Below are positions 37,534 through 46,852 of a stretch of 55,816 nucleotides of DNA, in pieces. This stretch comes from Mollicutes bacterium (GTDB lineage Bacteria > Bacillota_I > Bacilli_A > RFN20 > CAG-826): NCBI GenBank assembly GCA_022780025.1, contig JALEXS010000046.1, positions 1 to 55,816 of the forward strand, given 5' to 3'. Numbering within the stretch: the first letter of the stretch is position 1; the number at the start of each line of letters is the position of its first letter. The notes under the pieces were generated by a model. The model searched no databases. It saw nothing but the letters and a program-made list of their open reading frames with translations, and was not told the DNA's origin. A program made the position numbers and the translations under genes.

Positions 37534-38617
37534 CATCATTAAGAGCTTTTTCAATAGTGTCGTCCATATCGTAATATTTGTAATTAGCTAAACGGCCACC
37601 GAATATTACTTTCTTTTCTTTTTTTGCTAATTTTAAATATTTTTCTAATAATGAGTTATTTTTTTCATCATTTATAGGATAGAATCTTTCTTTTCCTTTT
37701 GAATATGTATCAGGATATTCTTTAGTAATTACGGTTTTAGGAGTTATAGCATTTTCAAAATATTTATGTTCTATGATTCTAGTATATGGAATAGATATAT
37801 CAGTAAAATTGATTACACAATTTTTTTGATAATAATCTTGATCTAATTCTAAAATTTCAAATTTTAAAGAACGATAATCAAGTTCACCAAGTTTATAATC
37901 AAAATATTCATCAATAGCACCAGTATAAACAATTCTTTTTGCTAATTTAGCGTATTCTTTTCTATTTAAATTAAAATCTTCATTTAATCTAATATCCGCA
38001 CCATCAATTAATTTATTAATTAAATCAGTATATCCACCGATAGGAATACCTTGATATTTATCATTAAAATAATTGTTATTAAATTCAAATCTTAAAGGAA
38101 TTCTTTTTATAATAAAACTTGGTAATTCATTACATTTTTTGCCCCATTGTTTTTCTGTATAGCCTTTAATTAATATCTCATATATTGTTCTACCGACTAA
38201 AGATAATGCTTGGTCTTCTAAATTATTAATAGTAGTGATATTTTCTTTTTTTATCTCGCTATCTATTTTTTCTTTAGCTTTAACTGGATCAATAATTCCC
38301 CAAATATCTTGGAAAGTATACATATTAAAAGGCAAGTGATAGTATTTATCTTTATAGAAAGCTATAGGAGAGTTTATAAAATTATTAAAAGGAACTAAAT
38401 CATTAACATAATTCCAAACTTCTTCATTTGATGTATGAAAAATATGAGCTCCATATTTATGGACATTAATTCCATTTATATTTTCAGTAAAAACATTTCC
38501 ACCTATATGATCTCTTTTTTCAATTATTAAAACAGATTTATTTTTCTTTAATGCTTCATGAGCAAAAACTGCTCCATATAATCCAGATCCTACTATAAGA
38601 TAATCGTACTTTTTCAT
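37517..38617 (-). CDS. glf: UDP-galactopyranose mutase
   Basis: 366 aa. N-terminal FAD motif YDYLIVGSGLYGAVFA, plus HKYGAHIFHT and GRLANYKYYDMD, all typical of Glf. Confidence 0.9.
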   Translation of the reverse strand: MKKYDYLIVGSGLYGAVFAHEALKKNKSVLIIEKRDHIGGNVFTENINGINVHKYGAHIFHTSNEEVWNYVNDLVPFNNFINSPIAFYKDKYYHLPFNMYTFQDIWGIIDPVKAKEKIDSEIKKENITTINNLEDQALSLVGRTIYEILIKGYTEKQWGKKCNELPSFIIKRIPLRFEFNNNYFNDKYQGIPIGGYTDLINKLIDGADIRLNEDFNLNRKEYAKLAKRIVYTGAIDEYFDYKLGELDYRSLKFEILELDQDYYQKNCVINFTDISIPYTRIIEHKYFENAITPKTVITKEYPDTYSKGKERFYPINDEKNNSLLEKYLKLAKKEKKVIFGGRLANYKYYDMDDTIEKALNDAKKYL

Positions 38618-38685
38618 AACCTATTTTTTCCTTTAAAATAATTATATCAAATATATATTTTTAAATAAATTTAAAAATAAGAAAT

Positions 38686-38733
38686 AAAAAAATCCATTTT
38701 TACAAGAAAAACCCTGCAGAAATGGACTTTTTT
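38686..38733. terminator. Hairpin with flanking A- and T-runs (possible bidirectional terminator)
   Basis: TCCATTT (38693-38699) pairs with AAATGGA (38720-38726). The 20-nt loop carries the CCCTGCAGAAA motif. A-run to the left, T-run to the right. Confidence 0.45.
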
Positions 38734-38747
38734 AATAATTTAGATTT

Positions 38748-39260
38748 TTATTTCTTTTTTAATGATACTAAAGTCATTACTAAAGAGAATATACCATAGA
38801 CCATTAATAATACACCAAAGATAATCCAGATGTAATCTCTCCAGAATAAGAATACAATACCAAATGTTAAAGCGATAAGACCAATAACTAATTCAAAAGT
38901 ACCAAGTGTAGTAGCTTTATTTACAAATCTAATTATAGAATCTATAACAAATAATGTACCAACAGCAATTAAGATAATTGCAATTGAGTTCATTATAAAA
39001 GCTGTTATATTGAGATAATTTGCTAAAATAGCAATACCTAAAGCAACTAAACAACCTCCTAAAATAGAAGCTGGTAAAACAACACTCTTTTTAGACGAAT
39101 CTACGATACCTTTAACAAAAAGTAAAACACCAACAATAACGACAATAGCACCAATTATATAATTGATAAAGCTTTCATTTAAAATAGATAAAGTAAATAA
39201 AAGACCAATAACAAATATAATAATGCTCTCAATTATTTTATAAGCTTTATTTTTACTCAT
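38748..39260 (-). CDS. Small polytopic membrane protein
   Basis: About 170 aa with 5-6 TM helices. I place the start at ATG 39260 (GGAGG 9 nt upstream) rather than the ORF-track TTG at 39266. Confidence 0.6.
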   Translation of the reverse strand: MSKNKAYKIIESIIIFVIGLLFTLSILNESFINYIIGAIVVIVGVLLFVKGIVDSSKKSVVLPASILGGCLVALGIAILANYLNITAFIMNSIAIILIAVGTLFVIDSIIRFVNKATTLGTFELVIGLIALTFGIVFLFWRDYIWIIFGVLLMVYGIFSLVMTLVSLKKK

Positions 39261-39349
39261 AATCAATTTCCTCCCCGTATAATTATATTTATTTTATAAA
39301 ATTTTTTACAATAGGAAATTAATAATTTATAAGAATGATTAAAAATAAA

Positions 39350-39376
39350 TTAGCACTCTCACTTGACAAGTGCTAA
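39350..39376 (+). promoter_or_regulatory. CIRCE operator (HrcA binding site) overlapping the clpB promoter
   Basis: TTAGCACTC-N9-AAGTGCTAA matches 17 of 18 positions of the consensus TTAGCACTC-N9-GAGTGCTAA. TTGACA (39363-39368) lies within the spacer, with TATAAT 16 nt downstream. Confidence 0.85.
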
Positions 39377-39416
39377 TTTTGTTATATAATCGTATTGTAA
39401 GTAAGGAGGGAAACTT

Positions 39417-41534
39417 ATGAACGAAGGAATGGAAGATTATAGTAAAGAAGAAGATATTCTTCAAAAATTTGGTAGATTAATTACAGAAGATGTAAGGAAA
39501 AATAAAATTGATCCTGTTATTGGAAGAGATGAGGAAATAAGAAAAATCATCACTGTTTTAGCAAGAAAAACTAAGAACAACGTAATTTTATTGGGTGAAC
39601 CTGGTGTTGGTAAAACAGCTATTATTGAAGGTTTAGCACAAAGAATAGTAAATAACGATGTTCCACAAACATTAAAAGATAAACAAATCTTTGAACTTGA
39701 TATGGGTGCTTTAATTGCTGGTGCTAAATATCAAGGTGAATTTGAGGAACGTTTAAAGGCTGTTTTAAATAAAGTACGTGATAGTGATCACAAAATTATC
39801 ATGTTTATTGATGAAATTCACTTAATTGTTGGTGCTGGTAGAAGCCAAGGTGCAATGGATGCTTCTAATATGTTAAAACCAATGTTAGCTAGAGGAGATA
39901 TTGATTGTATCGGTGCTACTACTTTAAGTGAATATCAACAATATATTGAAAAAGATAGAGCTCTTGAAAGAAGATTCCAACCTATTATGGTTCAAGAACC
40001 TACTAAAGAAGATACCTTATCTATTTTAAGAGGTCTTAAATCAAGATTTGAATCTCATCATGGTGTAAAAATTACTGATAACGCACTTGTTGCTGCAGTT
40101 AATTATAGTGTACGTTATATAACTAATAGATTTTTACCTGATAAAGCAATCGATTTGATTGATGAAGCTTGTGCTGAAACAAGAGTTGAAATTGAATCAA
40201 TGCCTCAAGAACTTGATGATATTTCAAGAAAGATTAGACAACTTGAAATTGAAAAATTAGCTCTTGAACAAGAAAAAGATGAACAATCCAAATTGAGATT
40301 AGATAAACTTGTTACAGAACTAAATAATCTTAAAAAAGAAAGTGATAAGCTTGTTGATCAATGGAAAAAAGAAAAAGAAGAGATCTTACACCTTAAAGAA
40401 CTTAAAAATAAACTTGATAGTTTAAATTTCAATTTAGGTCAATCTTATAATGCGGGTGATTTCAAAAAAGCTAGTGAAATTCAATATAAAGAAATTCCAC
40501 AAGTCCAAACAGAAATTGATGCTATTGAAAAAGATGAAAAGAGTGGCAAAAAGTTATTAAGTGATGAAATTACAGAAGAAAATATTGCTGAAATCGTCGC
40601 TAAAATGACTAATATACCTGTTTCAAGAATTTCAAAAGGTGATAAAGAAAGAGTTATGAATCTTGCAGATACTCTTAAAAAGAGAGTAATTGGACAAGAT
40701 AGTGCAATTGACCTTGTAAGTGACGCAATTTTAAGACAAAGAGCTGGTATTAAAGATCAAAATAGACCAATTGGTAGTTTCTTATTCTTAGGACCTACTG
40801 GTGTTGGTAAAACTGAAGTTGCTAAAGCACTTGCTGAAGCTTTATTTGATAGTGAAAACCATATTATAAGAATTGATATGAGTGAGTATATGGAAAAATA
40901 TAGTGTTAGTAGACTATTAGGTGCTGCTCCAGGATATGTTGGTTATGAAGAAGGTGGACAATTAACTGAACCTGTAAGACATAATCCATACTCAATTGTC
41001 TTATTTGATGAAATTGAGAAAGCTAATCCTGAGGTTTATAACGTTTTATTACAAATTATGGATGATGGACGTTTAACTGATTCTCAAGGTAGAGTTGTTG
41101 ATTTTAAAAATACTATTATCATTATGACTAGTAATTTAGGTAGCCAAGAAATACTTGAAGGCCACCAAGAATTAGTAGATAAATTATTAAGAGTTCACTT
41201 TAAACCAGAATTCTTAAATAGAATTGATGAAATTGTTTACTTCAATAGTTTATCTAAAGATGTTCAATATAAAGTTACTAATAAGATGCTTAATGACTTA
41301 TCAAGAAGACTTGCATTAGAATATTATCAAGTAGTATTTACAAAAAATGTTACAGATTATGTTCTTGAAAATTCTTATTCATTAGACTTTGGTGCACGTC
41401 CAATTAGAAGATTTATTCAACATAATATCGAAACTATATTAGCTCGTATGATTATAAGTGAGACACTTAAAGTTAATACACCTTATAAAGTAGATTATGT
41501 TAATAATCAAATAGTCGTAAACGAAATTAAGTAA
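39417..41534 (+). CDS. clpB: ClpB-type AAA+ disaggregase lacking the N-terminal Clp_N domain
   Basis: 705 aa with two Walker A motifs ([19 protein letters not shown]) and a coiled-coil middle domain between them. The protein starts just before the conserved [21 protein letters not shown]. Confidence 0.9.
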   Translation: MNEGMEDYSKEEDILQKFGRLITEDVRKNKIDPVIGRDEEIRKIITVLARKTKNNVILLGEPGVGKTAIIEGLAQRIVNNDVPQTLKDKQIFELDMGALIAGAKYQGEFEERLKAVLNKVRDSDHKIIMFIDEIHLIVGAGRSQGAMDASNMLKPMLARGDIDCIGATTLSEYQQYIEKDRALERRFQPIMVQEPTKEDTLSILRGLKSRFESHHGVKITDNALVAAVNYSVRYITNRFLPDKAIDLIDEACAETRVEIESMPQELDDISRKIRQLEIEKLALEQEKDEQSKLRLDKLVTELNNLKKESDKLVDQWKKEKEEILHLKELKNKLDSLNFNLGQSYNAGDFKKASEIQYKEIPQVQTEIDAIEKDEKSGKKLLSDEITEENIAEIVAKMTNIPVSRISKGDKERVMNLADTLKKRVIGQDSAIDLVSDAILRQRAGIKDQNRPIGSFLFLGPTGVGKTEVAKALAEALFDSENHIIRIDMSEYMEKYSVSRLLGAAPGYVGYEEGGQLTEPVRHNPYSIVLFDEIEKANPEVYNVLLQIMDDGRLTDSQGRVVDFKNTIIIMTSNLGSQEILEGHQELVDKLLRVHFKPEFLNRIDEIVYFNSLSKDVQYKVTNKMLNDLSRRLALEYYQVVFTKNVTDYVLENSYSLDFGARPIRRFIQHNIETILARMIISETLKVNTPYKVDYVNNQIVVNEIK

Positions 41535-41542
41535 CACATTAT

Positions 41543-41572
41543 AGAGGTAAGCAATGTCTTACCTCTTTTTTG
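41543..41572 (+). terminator. Rho-independent terminator after clpB
   Basis: AGAGGTAAG-caatgt-CTTACCTCT followed by T6. Confidence 0.85.
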
Positions 41573-41726
41573 TAATAAAATTGTAATAATTTTAAAAGTT
41601 ATTATCTCTTTAAAATTAGTAAAAACCCTTCAAAACTCAACTTATTTTTCTAATTTTGAAAATAATAATTTGTTATAGTAAAAATATGATTTAAAATTCT
41701 AAATTTATTGTGATAGTATATTTTAC

Positions 41727-42830
41727 ATGAGTTTTTATGACTTTTTTAGTTTATTAGGTGAATTTCCAATTCTCATATTATGCTTAATTTTAATAGTCTC
41801 CGTAGTTTTTGTTAACGGATGGACTGATGCACCTAATGCTATTGCAACTTGTATATCTACAAAATCTATAAAACCAAAATATGCTTTATTAATGGCAGCT
41901 ATTTGTAACCTTATCGGTGTTATGGCTGCTTTTTTCTTTATGAACGAAGTAAGCACAACTATTTCTAATATTGTCGACTTTTCAAGCGTTTCTCCAGTTT
42001 CAGCTTTAACTGCATTAAGTGCATCAATGCTTGGAGTTACTATTTGGGGCATTTTTTCTTGGTTTTTTGGTATACCTTCAAGTGAGTCTCATAGTTTAAT
42101 CGGAGGCTTAACAGGTGCAGGACTTGCCTGTATGACTTTAAGAATGAATGTTACAATTCCTTTTGGACCATCAAGTAGTTGGGCAATGGTATTATATGGA
42201 TTATTTGGATCTATTCTTTTTGGCTTTTTTGTTGGATTATTCTTTACAAAATTTATTGAGTTTTTATTCAGAAAAGCTAATAGAAATCATACAAGAAAGT
42301 TTTTCAAATGGTGTCAAATATGTTCCGGTGGGTGCTTAGCTTTTGCTCATGGTGCTCAAGACGGTCTTAAATTTGTAGGAATATTCCTTATGGCAATTCA
42401 ATTTGCTGTAAAAGCACACAATTTAAATGGTTCAAATATAATTGAACATACTGAAACTATGACTGATTTATGGTGGGTCGCTATAATTGTTGCTATAGTT
42501 ATGGCAATTGGTACTTGTGTAGGTGGTTATCGTATTATTAAAAAAATCGGTCAAGGCTTATCAAAAATGGAACCTTATCAAGGATTTTGTAGTGATTTAA
42601 CAAGTGGAGTTGGAATTTTATTAGCAACTTATGCTGGACTTCCAATTTCAACAGGACAAGTTGCAACTAGTTCTATATTAGGAGTTGGAGCAACTAAAGG
42701 TATTAGAAAAGTTAAATGGAATGTATTTTTAGAGATGGTTATTACTTGGATATGTTGTTTCCCAAGTACAATATTAATTGGTTACATATTTACATTACTA
42801 TTTTTAAAAATTCCAGGACTAGGAGGATAA
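41727..42830 (+). CDS. pit: Inorganic phosphate transporter, PiT (PHO4) family
   Basis: 367 aa polytopic protein with the duplicated PiT signature: GWTDAPNAIAT near the N-terminus and HGAQDG in the second half. Confidence 0.85.
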   Translation: MSFYDFFSLLGEFPILILCLILIVSVVFVNGWTDAPNAIATCISTKSIKPKYALLMAAICNLIGVMAAFFFMNEVSTTISNIVDFSSVSPVSALTALSASMLGVTIWGIFSWFFGIPSSESHSLIGGLTGAGLACMTLRMNVTIPFGPSSSWAMVLYGLFGSILFGFFVGLFFTKFIEFLFRKANRNHTRKFFKWCQICSGGCLAFAHGAQDGLKFVGIFLMAIQFAVKAHNLNGSNIIEHTETMTDLWWVAIIVAIVMAIGTCVGGYRIIKKIGQGLSKMEPYQGFCSDLTSGVGILLATYAGLPISTGQVATSSILGVGATKGIRKVKWNVFLEMVITWICCFPSTILIGYIFTLLFLKIPGLGG

Positions 42831-42834
42831 TTTT

Positions 42835-43455
42835 ATGAAGAAGAAAAATAATTATTTCTATGATTCTTTTACAAATTTAATGGACTATGCACTTGAAGCT
42901 ATGAGTATTCTTACAAAAGGCTTAGAAGATTTTCGAAATATTAATTTATTAGAATTTAAAAATAACGTTCATAAAGTAGAACATGAAGCTGATGTTTTAA
43001 AACATGAGTATGAAGAAAAATTAGCTAAAGAATTTATTACTCCTATTGATCGTGAAGATATTTTTGTTCTTTATGATAATATAGATGACTTAATTGATTC
43101 AATTGATGAAGTTAGTTATAAATTGTATTTAAGAAATTACGCCTTATTACCTAACAATTTAAATATTATGATTGAAAAATCATTTGAAGCAATTAAATCT
43201 TTAAAAGAAATTTTCGTTAATTTTAGAAATATCGATAAAAAATCTATCATGGATCCTTTAATTAATAAAGTTATTGTTATCGAAGAAGAAATGGATAAAA
43301 TTTATGAAGAAAATGTCCATGATTTATATGTAGAAAGTAATGATTACGATAAAAATAGAACTTTTGAAAAAGTTTATAGTTATTTTGAATATATTACTGA
43401 TAAGTGTAGAGATGTTTGTAAAACTATTTTAATAATAATGTATAAAAACTTATAA
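42835..43455 (+). CDS. DUF47 (PhoU-like) phosphate-transport regulator family protein
   Basis: 206 aa helical protein adjacent to pit with HxxExxAD-type motif (VEHEADVLKHE). Confidence 0.7.
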   Translation: MKKKNNYFYDSFTNLMDYALEAMSILTKGLEDFRNINLLEFKNNVHKVEHEADVLKHEYEEKLAKEFITPIDREDIFVLYDNIDDLIDSIDEVSYKLYLRNYALLPNNLNIMIEKSFEAIKSLKEIFVNFRNIDKKSIMDPLINKVIVIEEEMDKIYEENVHDLYVESNDYDKNRTFEKVYSYFEYITDKCRDVCKTILIIMYKNL

Positions 43456-43566
43456 CTAGGTATTAATTTACTGAATTTAGCTTTTTTCTAGGTAAAAATA
43501 CTTTAAATGCCTTTCTTTTTTATATATAATATAAACGTTAAATTTCTTAAGGAGGAAAAAAGAAAT

Positions 43567-44589
43567 ATGGCAATTAAAGTTGCAATTAACGGATTTGGAA
43601 GAATTGGAAGATTAGCATTTAGACAAATGTTCCAAGCAGAAGGATATGAAATTGTTGCTATCAACGATTTAACTGATCCAAAGATGTTAGCTCATTTATT
43701 AAAATATGATTCAGCTCAAAAAAGATATGCATTAGCTGATAAGGTTAGTGCTACTGATCACTCAATCATCGTTGATGGTCATGAAATTGAAATCTATAAA
43801 GAACCAAAAGCTGAAAATTTACCTTGGGGTAAATTAGGTGTTGATGTTGTTTTAGAATGTACAGGTTTCTATACATCAAAAGAAAAAGCAATGGCGCACA
43901 TCACTGCAGGTGCTAAAAAAGTAGTTATTAGTGCTCCAGCAGGAAAAGATTTACCTACAATCGTTTACGGTGTTAACGAACATACATTAACTAAAGATGA
44001 TAAAATTATTAGTGCAGCTAGCTGTACAACAAATTGTTTAGCACCTATGGCAAATGCTTTAAATAAATTCACTCCAATCGTCAGTGGTATTATGACAACT
44101 GTTCACGCATATACTGGTGACCAAATGGTACTTGATGGACCACACAGAAAAGGTGATTTAAGAAGAGCAAGAGCTGCTGCTGTTAATATCGTTCCTAACT
44201 CAACTGGTGCTGCTAAAGCTATTGGTTTAGTTATCCCAGAATTAAACGGCAAATTAATCGGAAGTGCTCAAAGAGTTCCAGTCCCAACCGGTTCAACAAC
44301 TCTTTTAGTTGCTGTAGTTAAAGCAAACGGCAAAGAAGTTACTCCAGAAACAATCAATGCATTCATGAAGACTCAAGCAACTGAATCTTATGGATATAAT
44401 GAAGATTTAATCGTTTCAAGTGATATCGTTGGTATTACTCAAGGTTCATTATTTGATGCTACACAAACCATGGTTACTAAAGTAAATGATGATATGTATC
44501 AAGTTCAAGTAGTTGCTTGGTATGATAATGAAAATTCATATACTAGTCAAATGGTTAGAACAATTAAATATTTTGCTGAATTAGCTTAA
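43567..44589 (+). CDS. gap: Glyceraldehyde-3-phosphate dehydrogenase
   Basis: [16 protein letters not shown]-terminus and active site [16 protein letters not shown] lies 9-10 nt upstream of ATG 43567. The ORF-track start at 43507 adds 20 non-homologous residues. Confidence 0.95.
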   Translation: MAIKVAINGFGRIGRLAFRQMFQAEGYEIVAINDLTDPKMLAHLLKYDSAQKRYALADKVSATDHSIIVDGHEIEIYKEPKAENLPWGKLGVDVVLECTGFYTSKEKAMAHITAGAKKVVISAPAGKDLPTIVYGVNEHTLTKDDKIISAASCTTNCLAPMANALNKFTPIVSGIMTTVHAYTGDQMVLDGPHRKGDLRRARAAAVNIVPNSTGAAKAIGLVIPELNGKLIGSAQRVPVPTGSTTLLVAVVKANGKEVTPETINAFMKTQATESYGYNEDLIVSSDIVGITQGSLFDATQTMVTKVNDDMYQVQVVAWYDNENSYTSQMVRTIKYFAELA

Positions 44590-44603
44590 TTAAATTTCTA
44601 TTT

Positions 44604-44631
44604 AGGTCTAGGGTGAACTCTAGACCTTTTT
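44604..44631 (+). terminator. Intra-operon hairpin between gap and pgk (partial terminator or processing site)
   Basis: AGGTCTAG-ggtgaact-CTAGACCT followed by TTTTATT. Confidence 0.55.
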
Positions 44632-44651
44632 ATTAAAATAAGGAGTATTAT

Positions 44652-45863
44652 ATGTTAACAATTGAAAATTTACACGATTTAGCCGGTAAAAAAGTAATGG
44701 TTAGAGTTGATTTCAACGTACCATTAAACGGAACAGCTATTAGAGATGATAATCGTATTGTTAGTGCTTTACCAACAATTAAAGCATTAATTAAAATGAA
44801 CGCTAAAGTTGTTTTATTTTCACATTTAGGAAAAATTAAATGGGGAAAAGTAGACGATGCTGAAATTGCTAAAGAAAAAGAAAAAAATAATATGGCATAT
44901 GTCTATCCAAGATTAAAAGAATTATTAGATGGGACAAATGTTTATTTTACTGAAGCTACTAGCGGTGAAGCATTAAAAGAAGCTATTGATAAATTAAATG
45001 ATGGCGAAGTTTTATTAGTTCAAAATACACGTTATGAAAAAGGCGAAAGTAAAAATGATGCTAATTTAAGTAAAGATTGGGCAAGTAATTTTGATGCATT
45101 TGTTATGGATGCTTTCGGAAGTGCTCATAGAGCTCATGCTTCTACTTATGGTGTTCCAGAAATTCTTAAAAAAGAAGGAAAACAATGTGCATTAGGTTTC
45201 TTAATGGAAAAAGAAGTTAAGAATTTATCAAAATGTGTTTATCCAGATGCTCATCCATATATTGCAATTCTTGGTGGTTTCAAAGTTAGTGATAAAATTA
45301 AAGTTATCGATAGTTTATTAAAGAAATGCGATAAGATTTTAATCGGTGGTGCTATGGCTTATACATTCTTAAAAGCTTTAGGCAAAAATGTTGGAAAAAG
45401 CCCAGTTGAAACTGATCAATTAGATTACGCTTTAAAATGCTATGAATCTGGAAAGATTGTTTTGCCTTTCGATACTGTTTGTGCTGATGATTTCGAAAAT
45501 TATACAGTAGTTGAAACTGTACCTAGTGGACAAATTCCTGAAGGATTTGAAGGTTTAGATGTTGGTCCAAATACTGTTAAAGAATTTGGAAAAATTATAA
45601 GTGAAGCTAAAATTATTTTCTGGAATGGCCCAGTTGGTGTTTTCGAAAATAAAGATTTTGCTAATGGTACAATTGGTATTTGTAAAGCAATTACTGAAAA
45701 TAAAAAAGCATTTAGTGTAATTGGTGGTGGTGATAGTGCTGCTGCTGCAAAACAATTTGGTTATGCTGATAAGTTCTCACACGTTTCTACTGGTGGTGGT
45801 GCTAGCTTAGAAATGATTGAAAATGATGGTCACCTTCCAGGAATCGACGTTATTGGAGAATAG
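44652..45863 (+). CDS. pgk: Phosphoglycerate kinase
   Basis: 403 aa with RVDFNVP N-terminus and the C-terminal block GGGDSAAA...STGGGASLE. Confidence 0.95.
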   Translation: MLTIENLHDLAGKKVMVRVDFNVPLNGTAIRDDNRIVSALPTIKALIKMNAKVVLFSHLGKIKWGKVDDAEIAKEKEKNNMAYVYPRLKELLDGTNVYFTEATSGEALKEAIDKLNDGEVLLVQNTRYEKGESKNDANLSKDWASNFDAFVMDAFGSAHRAHASTYGVPEILKKEGKQCALGFLMEKEVKNLSKCVYPDAHPYIAILGGFKVSDKIKVIDSLLKKCDKILIGGAMAYTFLKALGKNVGKSPVETDQLDYALKCYESGKIVLPFDTVCADDFENYTVVETVPSGQIPEGFEGLDVGPNTVKEFGKIISEAKIIFWNGPVGVFENKDFANGTIGICKAITENKKAFSVIGGGDSAAAAKQFGYADKFSHVSTGGGASLEMIENDGHLPGIDVIGE

Positions 45864-45868
45864 TTATA

Positions 45869-46627
45869 ATGCGTAGAAAATTACTTCTCGGTAACTGGAA
45901 AATGAATAAAACAGTTACTGAGGCTAAATTATTTGCTACTGATGCAAAAGAACTCGGTAAAACTGCAAAAGCTAATAAAATCGATATGGGTGTCTGTGTT
46001 CCTTATATTGATTTAGCTCCTGTTAAAAAGATTTTAAAAAATAGTTTAATTGTTGGTGCTGAAAATTGTAATGAATTAGATCATGGTGCTTATACTGGTG
46101 AAATTTCAATTCCTATGTTAAAAGATATTGATATTTCATGGTGTATTATTGGCCATAGTGAAAGAAGAACTTATTATAATGAAACTAGTGAAGCTTGTAA
46201 TAAAAAAATATTAGCTTTATTAAAGAATAATATGGTTCCAGTTTATTGCTGTGGTGAATCTGAAGCTATTTTTGAAGAAGGTAAAACTAAAGAATTTGTC
46301 AAAGAACAAATCGTTACTGGTTTCAGAGATGTTAGTGCTGAAGATGCTACTAAAGTAGTTATAGCTTATGAACCTATTTGGTCTATAGGCACTGGCAAAA
46401 ATGCTTCTACTGAAATTGCTGAAGATATTTGCTTATTTATTAGAAATATAATTAAAGATCTTTATGGCCGTAAAGTTGCTAATAAAGTTAGAATCTTATA
46501 TGGCGGAAGTGTTAAGCCAAATAATATTAAAGCTTATTTATCACAAGAAGATGTTGATGGTGCATTAGTTGGTGGCGCTAGTTTAGACCCTAAATCTTAT
46601 AGTGAATTATTGACAAATCTTTTATAA
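45869..46627 (+). CDS. tpiA: Triosephosphate isomerase
   Basis: 252 aa with GNWKMN, IIGHSERR and AYEPIWSIGTG motifs. Confidence 0.95.
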   Translation: MRRKLLLGNWKMNKTVTEAKLFATDAKELGKTAKANKIDMGVCVPYIDLAPVKKILKNSLIVGAENCNELDHGAYTGEISIPMLKDIDISWCIIGHSERRTYYNETSEACNKKILALLKNNMVPVYCCGESEAIFEEGKTKEFVKEQIVTGFRDVSAEDATKVVIAYEPIWSIGTGKNASTEIAEDICLFIRNIIKDLYGRKVANKVRILYGGSVKPNNIKAYLSQEDVDGALVGGASLDPKSYSELLTNLL

Positions 46628-46644
46628 AAATAACTAAAAAATTC

Positions 46645-46682
46645 AAAAAGCCTGCAAAAGTTAACTATTTTGCAGGCTTTTT
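46645..46682 (+). terminator. Strong Rho-independent terminator built from an inverted pair of the TGCAGG motif
   Basis: AAAAAGCCTGCAAAA (46645-46659), 8-nt loop, TTTTGCAGGCTTTTT (46668-46682). Confidence 0.9.
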
Positions 46683-46852
46683 CATTTCATATAATAATTA
46701 AATATAAAATCGATAAAATGTAGACTAATTATGTCGCTAAGACAATTTAGTTTTATTAACAACTTTATCTAGTATTGAAAAACCAAGGTCAATTTGACTT
46801 TTTTAGTTGACTATTGTATGATATTAATGTTCAAGTTCTGAACGTATTTACT

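Noticed and set aside
39261-39266. TTG start at 39266 for the minus-strand membrane protein
   Set aside because: GGAGG (plus-strand CCTCC at 39270-39274) is spaced correctly (9 nt) for ATG 39260 and is too close to the TTG.
41735-42339. ORFs 41735-42052 (minus) and 42148-42339 (plus, alternative frame) inside pit
   Set aside because: They overlap a polytopic PiT transporter with both family signatures. Neither has an RBS.
43507-43566. N-terminal 20-codon extension of gap in the ORF track ([20 protein letters not shown])
   Set aside because: The extension covers the promoter and RBS (AAGGAGG at 43550-43556). GAPDH homology begins at [15 protein letters not shown] (ATG 43567).
45555-45755. 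Minus-strand 66-aa ORF inside pgk
   Set aside because: It is antisense to a highly conserved glycolytic gene. The same applies to 52553-52741 inside psuG.
46814-46852. TTG start at 46814 for the 379-aa ORF
   Set aside because: The TTG lies within a predicted TTGACT-N17-TATGAT promoter (46794-46822), so the first ATG (46853) is the more plausible start. The call is moderate only, because no SD is visible at either site.
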